This document shows, one piece after another, positions 50,701 to 64,000 of a stretch of DNA of 64,000 bases. How positions within the stretch are numbered: the first letter of the stretch is position 1; each line of letters opens with the position of its first letter. Source of the stretch: Cenococcum geophilum (Eukaryota); assembly GCA_050273025.1 (NCBI GenBank), contig CP158635.1, forward strand, positions 31,682,001 through 31,746,000. The letters run 5' to 3'. A model generated the notes under the pieces. That model was not told where the DNA came from, did no database searches, and was given only the letters and a program-made list of their open reading frames with translations. A program made the position numbers and the translations under genes.

Positions 50701-53700
50701 GTTAAGGTTAAGGTGATTAAATATCTTATAAAGTACTGCTACTACTGCTAAATAAACTAGAAGTCCTCTGGCCGATTTAAGTTTACTCTTAAAGATAACT
50801 ATAACTTTAACTTTTATATTATTATAGATGTTATATATCTTAGCGGTAAGCTAGTACTCTAAGTTATTAACTTCTTAACCTCCTTCTAAGCCGCACGCTT
50901 TTTAAAAGATATATTAGCTAGGAACGTATAGGATACTCTTTAATTATGCTAGATTAATGTCTACCTAGGACCCCCTAATTAAATTGTTTATAATATAGGA
51001 AAGAACTTCTTATCTATGGAGTTTTAATAATAGGCAAAGGCAATAACAATTGAGGTTAAGGAAGTCCCCATTAAGGCATATAATAGTGTTGGAAAAGTAG
51101 AACAATATTATACGCCATTACGCCACGTATATAAGATTATTTCTTTAAAACTAGAGGGTACTAGCAAAGAGCTTATTCTACAGATGGCTGTTAAGGCTAT
51201 TAATAATACCACTAGCCTAGATAGGCTTGTACCTACGTTGCTAGTCTTTAGCGCCTACCCTTAAATAACTAACGATTCTCTACTATCTCCCTCTATTATA
51301 TAATAAGCTAAGGCTATTCATAAGGCAATGAAGGAGGTATAACGTCTCTACGCTACGCGTTAGGTTAACGACGCACTAGGAATAAGAAATGGCCTAAATA
51401 CCTTAACTACGCTTAATCTGCCACTCTAATTAGAGGTACGCGTATAGCGTAAAAAGGGAGAATAGTTAGGCCTATATAAACTTATTATAATTAATAGTTA
51501 AACTTATACTCTTTAGATGCCCTATAGACCCACTTAATTCCACTTAACTGTTATTAAGCCCTATTATAGGGATAATAGCTCCGAGCCTTTATAGGATACC
51601 CTAAAGGATACCCTAGAGGAGAACCACGATCAATATGCTCTAGAAGGTGAAGGCAATTCTAATATAATTATAGTAGACATACCGCAACTATAACGCGGTA
51701 GAGGTCGCCTAAAGGGATTATAAAATTGCCAACATCTTATTAATTTTAAAGAGCAATTTGTTACCGCTATTAAGAATAAAGATAAACTATTAATGGCCTT
51801 TATAACAGCTAAAAAGAAGGCTAACTTTAAACTTGTAAAATAGCTCTAAAAGGAAGGCCGTATTATAACTTTAGGAGCTCCTTTTTAAGTATCTAATAAG
51901 TAGGAGATCAACGGTCTTATTATAAAAGGAGTCTTTAAATTTAAAAAATATAACCCTACTAAGTTCGATGGAGTCCGCATATTTAAGTTAAAAATAGTTA
52001 ATAAGATTAAAGGCAAAGCTACTGATACCCCATTTAAGAAGTTAAGGCTAGTTATTTAAGGTTATAACAATAATAGTAAGAAAGTAATCCTTATATAATC
52101 CCCTACAATTTAACAAGCTAGTTAACGAGTTATTATTACGCTAGCTCCCTCCTTAATAAAGAATAGAATAGCGGTTTATCTGCGAAATATTACTTAGGCC
52201 TATACCTAATTAGAGACGCGCCTTTAGCGCTTAATACTAGCATACCTTTTAGAGTAAATTTGCCACTAATATCCCGAGGATATGATTATAGTCGTACTTA
52301 AGCCATTATATGGAATCGCAGAGGCAGGAACTCATTAGTAGGCTACCTACAGCAAGCACTATAAGGAGAAGCTTTTAATAACTACTTCTATATTTAATCC
52401 CTGCTTCTTTATTATAACTACAGGAACTTTATTTAGAATTGTCGGCATATAAATAGACGATATAATTATCTTAGGAGATAACTAATTCTTAGCTCTTAAA
52501 GAAGATAAGCTAGTGAAGGCAAATCTTATAGCAAAGCTAAAGGAAAGACTTAACTTAGTAATACTATTACTCTTTAATAAATATATCCTCTCCTTAAATA
52601 AGGGCTCTATTGCTCTACGCTAAAAGGGTCAAGGTAAGAAGATTAACGTTATTAACGTTAATTCTCTAAAGTAAGAATATATGGAGTAACGCGCTCGCAG
52701 AGCTTATATAGCTTCTATCTATTAACCCAAGGCTTCCTTTAATCTCTCTATTGCTGCTTAACACTAGGAATTAACTAAGGATAACGTTTTTGCCCTAAAT
52801 AAGCGTCTTTTTTAGTAAATAAACTATCTTAACAGGGGACTACTCTATATGCCTATTAGCCTTCCTACCGCTAAGCTCTTCGTATTCGTTAATAGATTAT
52901 TTATAAATAATAAAGATTTTAGCTTTTAGCTAGGATATAAGATTATTATTATAAATAAATTTACTAGAGAGAATAATTTCACAATTTACAGCAACCTTAT
53001 TTATTAGAGCTTAACTAAGAGTAAGCGCGTTACTTAAAGCGTTCTAGTATTAGAGATATATAGAATAGTTAGCGGAGTTAATATAGCAATTACAATTAGA
53101 ACTACCCTTAAGATAATTATAGACCGGCTCAAACTTCCCGCTATTTCTATAATTATATACACTGACTTATATTCCCTCTATAAGTGTTTAGTTAAGCTTA
53201 GTACTATAAAGGAAAAGCGTCTTATAATTAATATTATGGCACTTTAGCAGTCCTATAAGCGTTAAGAACTCTTTAAGATTTAATAGATTAATAGCTAAGA
53301 TAACCTAGTAGATGTAATAATAAAGGCAAACCCAAACAAGGCACTAGAGACGTTTATTAATATAAATACTCTATATATACGAGTTAAAGGTTAGGTTAAG
53401 AGGGAAATTTAGAGAAGTTAAGATCTTATGGAACTTCGACCGCCGGTTAAAGTTATCTAATTAGTTAGATCCTTGCCAAGAGCGCCACACCTAATTAATT
53501 TAGGTGGCGGTGTGGACTTCTACCAACTAATTAGGATTTTCCATGCCCGGCATAGAAAATCGCCATTAGCTCGCTTACTACTAGCGTCTTAGCGGCCCAC
53601 CCGTCTTCGCGTTATCTACTAAATTCTACTAACTGCCGCATTGTCGTATATCGTCTGGTTTTGTTATATATTGTCTAGTTTTGTTATATATTGTCTAGTA

Positions 53701-53949
53701 TTGTTATATACTGTCTGTTTATATATATATATATATAGCAACCATAAAAAGAAGAGTTGCTAGTGTCGGGAATAAGGTAAGTTGCCGTCGCATAAAGCAT
53801 ATTGCCGTCACGTGTCAACATAGCCCTAGCGTAGTAAGGAACCTTAAGTTCCTTACCCCTTTCCTTATTCCTATCAATAAGAATTAACCAATATCACTGT
53901 AACCCTACTCGAGTAGTCGTTATTGGTAAGTTACCCTGTGTTTCCAATA
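47778..53949 (+). mobile_element. Copia-3, complete GalEa-like Copia element inside Gypsy-B
   Basis: 186-bp LTRs at 47778-47963 and 53764-53949; TSD ATAAC; integrase precedes RT; RT KPLYGIAEAGTH ~52300 and VGI*IDD (=QTDD) ~52441. Confidence 0.95.
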
Positions 53950-56502
53950 ATAACCTAAATACCTTAACCCTTAAATATAAGTAGAACTAAATACAGACCC
54001 TTTAAGCGCTAAGATATATATAAAGGCTTAGTCAAAAGAGTAGAATCTATTAGTAGCCAGTAAATGAGAATTCTAAGACGAGGTCTAGAAGAAGGTTAAG
54101 GAAAGGATACGTCTATATATATGGCGCTAAGGCTTGGCCGAGCCCCTAACTAGGGTCTATAACAGTGCCGTAATAATATATCCTATTAATTCTATAAAAC
54201 TTAACCTTATTAATAAACTGCTGTAAGTAAAGTATACAGCCCCTTCCCTATAAGAGTATCGTAAAAAGGTAAAGAATAATACTGGCCTATAGTCCCTTAA
54301 AAATGGACTGCTTAAGCACTAGAAATAGCTATTAGTAGTAAAGGAATAGAACTTACGGACTTAGCTTATTACTAAAGTATATACTTAGGTTTCTATAGCC
54401 CACCCTAAAAAGAACAAGACCTATAAGATTATTAGTGACTATTATTACTGGCCCGGAATAATTAAAGATGTTAACCGTTATATATAGAACTGCAACAGCT
54501 GCCGTAGGTCTATAATTCTATAAGATAAGACCCCAGGACTATTAAAACCACTCCTAATACCGGAACGCCCCTAGTAGTATGTCTTTATAGACTTTTATAA
54601 GTTACCTATAGACCGTAACGGATATAATATGGCTATAATTCTAGTAAACCACTTTAGCAAGCGCCTGTTTTTAATCCCCTATTATAAGAATATTAACGCT
54701 AAAGAGGCGGCCTAACTATATATCTATTATATCTACTAAATCTATAGACCGCTAGATACTATTATATCCAACTATAAACTGTAGTTTATATTAGCTTTCT
54801 GGAACAAGTTTACCTAAATCTTAGGTATTAAGTTAAAGCTCTCTATAGTATACTACCCTTAAATAGACGGCCAGACGGAGATTATAAATTAATATTTAGA
54901 CCAAAGACTCTGGCCCTTTATTAACTACTTCTAGGATAACTAGTTTAAATTGCTACCCTTAATAGATTACGCCCAAGCAACCCTACCTTATAACTTTATA
55001 GGATTTGCCCCTATTTAACTGGAAATGGGCTATTACCCCATATAAGCTTTAATTAGGAAAGACTAGAAGGGCCCTAGACTATACGCAAGAAATTATCTTA
55101 TAAAGAAGCCTAGTAGTATACTAAGCGCTTAGAAGAAGCTTAAATGGTAGCCTATATAAATCTAATAAAGGCTTAGAAATTAATAGAATAGTAAGCAAAT
55201 AAATATAAGCGAGAGCCTAATTTTACTATAGGCGATATGGTCTAGGTTATAATAAAGAACTAGAAGACAGAACGGCCTAGCTATAAGCTTAACTATTAAA
55301 TAGTAGGACTATATAGGATCCCTAGTAAAAATAGGAAACTTATATAAGGTTAAGCTCCTAAACTTAGTTAAAGTCCATTCTGTTTTTTTACTAAATACGT
55401 TATAAAAGGCTACTATAGACCCTTTGTTAGGATAAGTAAACCTACCCCTACTACTAATTTAAGTTAACGGCGAAGATAAGTAGGAAATTAAAGAAATACT
55501 AGCCTGTAAACTTATAAGGGAAACGCTAAAGTACCGCGTAAGTTAGAAAGGATATAACCTAGACCCTACCTAGTATCTTATATAGAACTTTATAAATAGT
55601 CCCTATAAGCTTTAGGAGTTTTATAGCCGTTACTTTAATAAACCTAAACTACTAAAGTACTTAGATAAATAGATAGAATGCTAGTATAATAAAGATAATA
55701 AGCTACTGGAAGAGCATAAAGACAAAAACGCCCTATAGTTATAATATGGACATATAAAGCCTAAGGGTAGGCTTTTTTAGAGGGGGGGGGTAATATTACG
55801 GCACTAGCAAAACAGTAGTTATAGTAGACGTTATGGTAGACGCAGAGTTTACGTAACTTTACGTGACTTAGAGATTGTATATTATTTATAGACAATCCAA
55901 TTGTATAGGCTGCATGCATCCTTCTTGCCGTGCTTATACCTCAATTGACTAAGTCCGTAATACCTTAAATACGGCACCAAAATATACCTTTTTAAAATAA
56001 CTATAACTTAATAACTGTAATAGCTATTTATATGAAATTTTAAATATAGTTTATTAAATGGCGGGTAACCCTTTTTATAAGATAAAATAATAAATATAAA
56101 CATAAATATAATATTTCATTAATTTTAAATAAATCTTATTTATAATATATTATTAACTTTAAATTTTTTAAAAATTTATTTTATAAAAAGGGTTGCTTAC
56201 TATTAGATAAGCTATATTTAAATTTTTATATAAATAGCTATTATAGTTATTAAGTTATAGGTATTTTAAAAAGGTATATTTTAGTGCCGTGTATAAGGGT
56301 AGGACCGTATATAAGGTGGCCTTAACTTCTATAATAAAGCTCTAAATTAAAGCTTTTAGTTAATTGATTGGCTTATTACTTATAAACTTGGGTTAAAATT
56401 TTCATTAAGGGGTACTAACGATTCGTATGTTAGGTAGTTAAAATTAAAAAGATTGCCCCTTATATAAATTTTGGTGGGGGGTAATGCGGCTCTTTTACGT
56501 CC

Positions 56503-59500
56503 TTTTTTTAAAATTATACTCCGTTTTAGCTGCCCTAAGGGCGCTATGCCGGGTCTTCTATTTTATAGAGGTAGGTCTTAGGTAATTACCCATCTTACCT
56601 ACAGCAGTAATTCCGTAAGGCCATCGTCCGCCTATCTATTACGTACTATAGGTGTATAGTGCCTAGGAGAGAGCAAACGTCTAAAATATAAGGGAACTAG
56701 AAAAGAACGCTATAGTAATATAATTATAAAGATATATGCAAGCAGGATAGGTTCCTGTGTAAAGGAGATAATCGAAATTAAATAATTAAAAAGTGGTAAA
56801 TATACAAAATACCTCCGTTTTGTACTATATGTTAAAGCTAGGCCTTTTTTACAGGCCTGTTTTCTTACTATAATGCTATCTATCTTCCGCTAATGTTATA
56901 TATAACGTGTCTGCTATTAAAATAAACTTAAGTGGTTACTTCTAGCCTGTTCCTAGCCTCTATAAACTGCTCTAGGAGGCCTATTTATACCATACAGATT
57001 ACTGCCTTCTTTGCTAACTATGTCTTGTTTAAGATCTTCTAAATGTTTTAAAGTTAGTTGTTATACGGCCATATTTCTTTTCTTAGTTCTTTAAAATTAG
57101 GATATTTAATTAGGACGTATTGTCCTATCTATTCGCCCCAATATATACACCTTAAGTTAGGCGCACGTTTAATCCTATAGAGGTAGCTCTTTAGAGCTGC
57201 CTTTTCTGTTTAGATCTAGGTAAGTATAGCCAAAAGGGCTTTTAGTATGTTGTTATGTATTTTAAGCCTCTGCTTTAAAATCTTTGGTGCTAGTCTATAT
57301 AACTCCCTTCTAGTTTTACTACTTTCCTATTCCTTCTCCTAGTATACCTCTATTTAGGCTTTTATAGTTCTTTTTGCTGTAGATAATAGGCTTTATAGGG
57401 AGGGAAAGGTAGGGGCTCTTAGCCCTATCCTGTCCTTTCTCTATTCTGCTGCTTACTTTACTAAAATATCTACTTATTTATTTCCTTTAGTCTTTACGTA
57501 TAAAGGGATTTAGTGTATTATAACCTTTATACTTATTATCTATACTACTAGGAGCCTTTGCCTTATTTTATATATAAGGTACTATCCTAATTAGTTCCGA
57601 GGCTTTACTACTACTTAAATTACTACTTAGCTGTCCGTAAATATCGTAAGTCTTCTAATTAATAGTAAGTATTTTAGCGTTAGGTTTAAGGCTAGCTAGA
57701 GACCTCTTAGTTCCCTAGCGTATATACTACTTACTTAGTTTATTTCTATATAATTAGTTACTTTTATTCCTAATTGGGGTATATATACTAACGCTCCGAT
57801 CTCCCCATTAATTTTGCTTCTATTAGTGTAGCTAGAAGTGTTAAACACATCGTAAGGGCGGCTAAGGCGCTAGTGGTAAGCGAGCTAATGGCGATTTTCC
57901 ATGCCGGGTATGGAAAATCATAATTGGTTGACAGAGGTCATAGGAGAACACGCGATAAGCCTTACCTCTTATGACGCGTAGATCTTAGAGAATCATCTAT
58001 TTACAACACCATATAGTATATATCATTGTGATATATATATTCTACATGTTATAAAAGTTATACTAACACTAATCAGTAAGCGCGTATAGATTAGGAGATA
58101 CGCACTTACTTAGAAGACGTTTACGCTCCACCTTATAAAGGCCCTATTTCAGTTAAAGAGAATTAAAGTTCTCTGGATTTAGAAGACGTCTAACGCTCCA
58201 CCTTACCCGGAAATACCTTAAATCTACCCTAGATTTAGAAGACGTTTAACGCTCCACCTTAACTAGAGATAGACTACTGTACTAGTAGTTAACGCGACCA
58301 CGTTAAGAATGCGACTATACTAAGAACGCAACCACCCTAACCACTACTTAAACTATCCCTTAAATAACAACTTAAACTATCCCCTAAACCATTCTACGCA
58401 TCCTTATCCCTTTTAAAATGGCTATACTTACGGACTAGAAAGTAGAAGCAGAACGATGGAGAAACGGGATTAATATACAAACAGCAACTAGCAAAGACCT
58501 TACAGACTTTATATTATTTAAGTTATGGGAATATAACGAGTACAAGCTAATAGATAATAGACTTTAGTCTTCCTTTTAAGACGATTTTAAAATATTTAGT
58601 GTTAATATATTTTTAAAAGTAAATGCATAGCACCTTTAAAGCATGTATACCTTCCTGCAATATAGAGGAGTATACGTATATATAAAGGAGAAACGCATAA
58701 TATATGCGCAACTCTTGTTTGAATTAACCTAGGAAGAACGTCAATATTCCTAGACTTAAGAGAACTTAGATAAGGTGTATAATGAGCTAAATAGAAACAG
58801 GTTTTAGTTAAATAAAATAAATAATATACTTAAGCGCGGTCTTAACTATAAAGTATTATAAGACCTAACAGTTTATATAACCCTATTTTAGCCATAATAA
58901 CTATTAAGTGTCTAGACTATAACCCCACCACTATCCGGAGGAACACTAGTAGGACCTTTACTGTACGTAACCCTACGACCCTAAACCGCTCCCCTCCTAT
59001 AGATGCCAACTATACTAGGATAGGGCAAAGAGATTTCTAATACAGCAAAGATGTATATAGAGGAACTTAAATACAATGGTATAAATGGCAGCTTCGATTA
59101 TAAACTTACCATCTTCTATAGTATCTATAGCCGATCTAATGTTCCACAAGAGGCTTATAATAAAGCTTTACTAATTATATTAATAGGTCTAGCCTTAAAC
59201 TAGTACTTTAACAGCGGACTCAGTAATCTCTTATTTAAAGACGCGTGTAGGCACCTTCGCAATTTCTTTAAAGGCCCTAGCTTAGAACGCAAGAACCTTA
59301 CTAAATAGAATGCAATCTTATTAAGGACGATAATAGATAAAAACACAGACAAATTAACCAGCGATTGCCTCCAAATATTAATTAATACACTCTCCTAACT
59401 ATAGCATAGCCTTACCCCAGAACTATAAATAACACTATTCCTAACCAACAAACTTATTACGTCTTGCCAGGGAATTTACGTATGCTAATTCGCTGTATTA

Positions 59501-62500
59501 GACCCACCTTAAGAACTAGGCCCCCTTATTAATAAACTATAGTCCTTAATTACGGCTTATAAAAAATAGAACCCAGAGCAAGCTTAAACTTAAGCTTACT
59601 ACACAGATCGTCGGTACTTTGGACGGGAGAATAACTATAATTGGTATTAAAACCATAACTAATATTAAAACCGAACTTACGACTAAAACCACAACCGCGA
59701 CTACACCTACCCCCATTTCTCTCCACGTTATAAACTACGTTACTTTATATATAATAAGGAAGGCTGCCAATTATAGAACCACACCTAAGAAGAATAAAAA
59801 GAGTCTAAAGCTAAGTTTAGAACCGCTAATAGAGATAAGTTTAGTAAATTTGACAACTAATTTAACAAATAACTTAATTAATATATTATGGACTACGAGG
59901 ATAACAATATTGACTTAAAAGAAGAGCTTAAGGAAGCTTTCCAAGTACTAACCATTAACACAAATTATAAGGCAACCGATAAGAACTCTTAACTAGACAT
60001 TAACCACTTCTATACCTCTTTCGGCTAAGTAAAATAGCATAAAGCAACTTCTATAGCTACTACCCTAGCTAATAAAGCCTTTAGCCATTTAGTTACAACT
60101 ATAGACAATATAACACCTCTCATAACCAACTAGGACCCCTTTACCTATAATATAACTACATCTACGTCCCGCTATACTGCAGACTACTTTATAGGCATAA
60201 TAATTGACACAAAAGCATCTAAACGATCTATAGTAGGATATAGCCAATTCCTAGCATTCTAAAGACTTAATACTGGTGTATAACTTAATACCACTATATA
60301 AGGCATAGTTAATATATAATTCGGCATTAGATTAACCTCATTAATTAAATTAACTAAAGTAACTACCCTAATTGGCACAATCGAGTTTTATATTATTAAA
60401 GTTAACACCCCATTTTTACTCTGCCTAGCAGACATAGATTAACTATAAGTATACTTTAACAACCTAAAAAATATGCTAATTACCCCTTAGAGCGAAGTAC
60501 TAGTTATATATCGCTTTGGCCATCTATTCCTCCTTTAAAACACATCCCTATGCAACTACTTAACTATATTATTTAATTAAAACCCTTACTACTTAACTAA
60601 TATTAAATTAAGACGACTACATCATTACTTCGGCCACCCTTTAGTTAAGCGTCTTGCACGAATACTTAAACGCTTAGGGCACGACATTAATAGCAAGACT
60701 TTAGACCATCTTACACGCTACTACTACCATTGTTAAAAACATAGAAAGTCGCCTAGTAGATTCAGATTTACCTTGCATAATAATATTAATTTTAACTACT
60801 TAATCGTGGTTAATATTATATATATTAATGGCACACCTCTACTATATATTGTTAATAAAGGAATATAATTTTAAGCCGGTAGATAGCTATAAAGTATTAG
60901 CGCCAAGTATATATAGGATATACTATGAATATGCTAGATTAACATATACCTAGGACCCCCTAATATTATTACATATAATGTAGGCAAAAACTTTATAAGC
61001 AAAGAATTTAAACAATACGCTATAATACTTAAAACAGTTATAAAAGGCGTATCTGTTAAAGCCCATAATTTAATTAGAATAGTAAAACGTTACTATAGCC
61101 CCCTCCGTCATATATACTATATTATTATTGCGGAACTACCGGATATTAATAAAGACATAGCTTTATAAATGGCTTTTAAAGTAATTAACGACTCTATAGG
61201 CCCTAATGGTCTTATATCTACCTTATTAGTATTCGGAGCTTACCCACATATAGTGGAATCCGACGCACCCAATCCTACGGTTATAAAACGAGCAGTAGCT
61301 CTTAAAAAGGCTATAGAAGAAGTTAAGAAGCTTAGAGCTAAGCGCTAAGTAGTAGATGCCCTTAATATACGCAACAGACCCAAAACAACTGCGATTTATA
61401 ACCTACTACTTAACTCACCTATATTAGTATAGAGAGAAGGACCTATAGGCTAACCCGGCTACTAGTCTGGTCCATACAACCTACTTAACATTAAAAATAA
61501 GACCTATACCATATAACTTCCCTATAGACCCACTAACTTCCGCAGCACAGTTATAAAACCATATATAGTAGACCCCGAAATCACAAAAGATATATAACTA
61601 GAAGATAACAATATTAAACTACTTTTACCTTAAACTAAGCCTAAACCTTAACCTTAAACCAAGCCTAGACCTTAACCCGTTAAATGTGGAAGAGGTAGAC
61701 TACATAAGTACCCTATTAAAGCAAATACCGCGAACATCTTAATTTATCTATAGGATAAGGATAATAATCAACTTATAAATCCTAATTAGTTTATAGTATT
61801 ACGCCAGAAGGAGATCAAGGGATTGCTTAAGAAAGGAGTTTTTAAACTAGTTAACCCTAAGGATATACCACAAGGCAATAGAATATTTAACTCTAGATTC
61901 ATTAACGAGATTAAGAACCCCAGTACTAATAAAGCCTTTAAGAAGTTAAGACTAGTTATACAGGCCTACAACGACCCAGAGAAAGACATTGTATTAACCT
62001 AATCACCTATAATTTAACAAGTCAGCTAACGCCTTATTCTTTGCATTATAGCTATAACTTAAAACGATGGTATACATCTCTACTTATAAGATATTTTATA
62101 GGCCTATATATAATTAACTATAAAACTAAACCGAGACTTTTATATTAAAGCACCTCTTAAACTTAATACAGCACTTAGAGTCTTATAAGGCACAATTCTA
62201 AAGGTCGTTAGACCTTTATACAGCATTCCTAAGGCAGGCAATCATTAGTTTAAGACTTACTATAACCACTATATTAAAGAACTAAACATAAGCCAATCCA
62301 CTTATAACCCCTGCCTACTTTACCTTAATAACCCTATAAGTTTCGGAATAGTTAGTTTACAGATTAATAATACCCTCCTACTAGCTAACTTAGTTTTTGC
62401 AGCTTTAGAATAGGAGAAGATTAAGAAAGCCAAGTTCTTAACTAAAGAACGTAAGCAACTTACACCAGAACACCCAATTAAGTTTAATAGAGGCATTGTC

Positions 62501-64000
62501 TAATAACAGGATTACGTAATTACGCTCATATAAGAGCGCTAATGCTAGAACTTAACCCTTATCAATATTAAGGAAGCTACTATAACAACCAGTTCTAGAG
62601 GCACTATTTATATAGTACTTACACCTAAGGACTAATATATCGCCCAATAAGCAAGAGGAGCTTATATTACGTCTATATGCCAGCCTAAAGCTTCTTTTAA
62701 TTTATCCTACGCTACCCAGGTAATTAACCCTGATGAGAAAAACACAAAACTACTTAATAAGAGAATTTAGTGGCAAATTAAGAACTTAACAAGAGGCTTA
62801 AGCTTTATTAAGCTTAACATAAAGACACTTTAACTACTTATATTTACTAATTCCTCATTCGCAAATAATAAAGACCTCTTATTACAGATTAGATATATCC
62901 TAGTACTAGCAGACTCATTAAATAAGGCAAATATTGTCCACTGGTCCTTAGTTAAGTGTAAGAAAATCACCAAAAGCGTACTAGCCTCCAAATTATATAC
63001 TATAGCCCATAATTTTAACATCGGCGCTACAATTAAAGCCACAATCGAATTATAACTTAACATCAGCCTCCCGCTCATTCTTTGCACTAATTCTAAGTTA
63101 ATTTATAAATACCTTGTCAAACTAGGAACTACATAAGAGAAGAGACTTATAATTAATGTCATGTGCCTACGCCAGTTATATAAAAGACGCAAAATAGCGA
63201 AAGTTAAATAAATTAACGGAGACAGCAACCCTATAGACGCTATAACTAAAAGCAACCCATTATTAGCCCTTAAACGACTTATCGACACAAACCGAATCAA
63301 GTTAAAGACAGTAGAATAGGTAAAACGCACTATATCAGTAACCTAGTTAATTAACGTATAAATATGGCAAAGAGGGCGTATACAATCTCTATGCCACGTA
63401 ACCGCAATCTATAGTAATCTGCGGCAACCTATAGCAATCTGCCTGTATCTATAACACTACCTAGTACTATTACAACCTATACTATAACAGCAAGGAAGGA
63501 AGGAAGGAGAAGTGCGTATATGGATTTTTAAATTGCACAGTTATAGGATACCGGATCTTCACGTTTTCTAAAGTATTCCCAGTATAGCTAGAAGTATTAG
63601 ACACATCGTAAGGGCGGCTAAGGCGCTAGTGGTAAGCGAGCTAATAGCGATTTTCCATGCCGGGTATGGAAAATCGTAATTGGTTAACAGAGGTCACAGG
63701 AGAACACGCGACAAGCCTTACCTCTTACGACGCGTAGATCTTAGAGAATCATCCATCTACAACACCGCATAGTACATATCATTGTGATATATATATTCTG
63801 CACGTTGTAAAAGTCATACCAACAATTAGTGTACGCTAAAAAGTATTTTAGGCTGTCCTTAGCCTCCTATACGATCTAGTTATATTCCTACTTTACTATT
63901 TTTTTTATCCCTAGTAATATAGGTTTATAGTGGTTTGACCTAGAGGCAGAGCCTCTTTAGGCGGATCTCCTTTATAGGTGGTATTTCCTTAAGGAGGCGT
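56503..64000 (-). mobile_element. Second Tad1-like LINE copy (3' part), interrupted by Copia-2 and running off the right edge
   Basis: Poly(T) at 56503 followed by the reverse complement of the 3' UTR and RNase H region of the 25947-32199 LINE; resumes at 63830. Confidence 0.9.
57827..63824 (+). mobile_element. Copia-2, complete GalEa-like Copia element
   Basis: 242-bp LTRs at 57827-58068 and 63583-63824; TSD ATTAG; pol nearly collinear with Copia-1; RT VSLQINNTL (=VGLQTDDTL) ~62351. Confidence 0.95.

Larger units (their letters stand above)
21870..55962 (+). mobile_element. Gypsy-B, chromovirus LTR retrotransposon expanded to 34 kb by nested insertions
   Basis: LTRs at 21870-22745 (with an insert) and 55794-55962; TSD CCTTA; PPT AGAGGGGGGGGG; RT TAYLNNII at ~25661; RNase H split at 32467/47016 (HPITYNLRT|IVDAKLNYPIHDKEMLAII); integrase ~54350-55050; chromodomain ~55460-55640. 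Confidence 0.95.
21834..56329. mobile_element. Fold-back MITE (Tc1/mariner-like, TA TSD) split by Gypsy-B; own sequence is 21834-21869 plus 55968-56329
   Basis: TIR GAAGTTAAGGCCACCTTATACACGGTCCTACCCTTA at 21834 is the reverse complement of 56294-56329; TA flanks both ends; the body is almost fully palindromic. Confidence 0.85.

Noticed and set aside
688..63330. Most short ORFs in the provided track as small or effector genes
   Set aside because: They are fragments or antisense shadows of RIP-mutated transposon genes or LTRs, with I/L/Y/K-rich composition caused by RIP.

Overview
AT-rich, strongly TpA-enriched DNA carrying the RIP (CpA>TpA) signature of a filamentous ascomycete. I found no intact host gene: the window is a nest of degenerate transposons, most of them resolvable by their target-site duplications (TSDs). 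It holds four Gypsy LTR elements (two complete chromoviruses, two partial), three complete GalEa-like Copia elements, one full and one partial Tad1-like LINE, an ORF1-only LINE derivative, a 0.64-kb non-coding poly(A) retroposon with the same 3' tail, a PIF/Harbinger-type element, two fold-back MITEs, two solo LTRs with 4-bp TSDs, and a background MULE-like transposase relic. The most notable object is a ~14.5-kb DNA transposon (about 9 kb without nested inserts) at 32468-47013. It encodes an Academ-type (DUF6589-like) DDE transposase, a convergent RecQ-like helicase and a third Zn2Cys6-like gene. Its termini are (C)ATTAGGA...TCCTAATG with only a 2-bp TSD, unlike the 9-10-bp TSD reported for AcademH. 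All protein calls are manual translations through RIP stops; 'de-RIP' readings are inferences.
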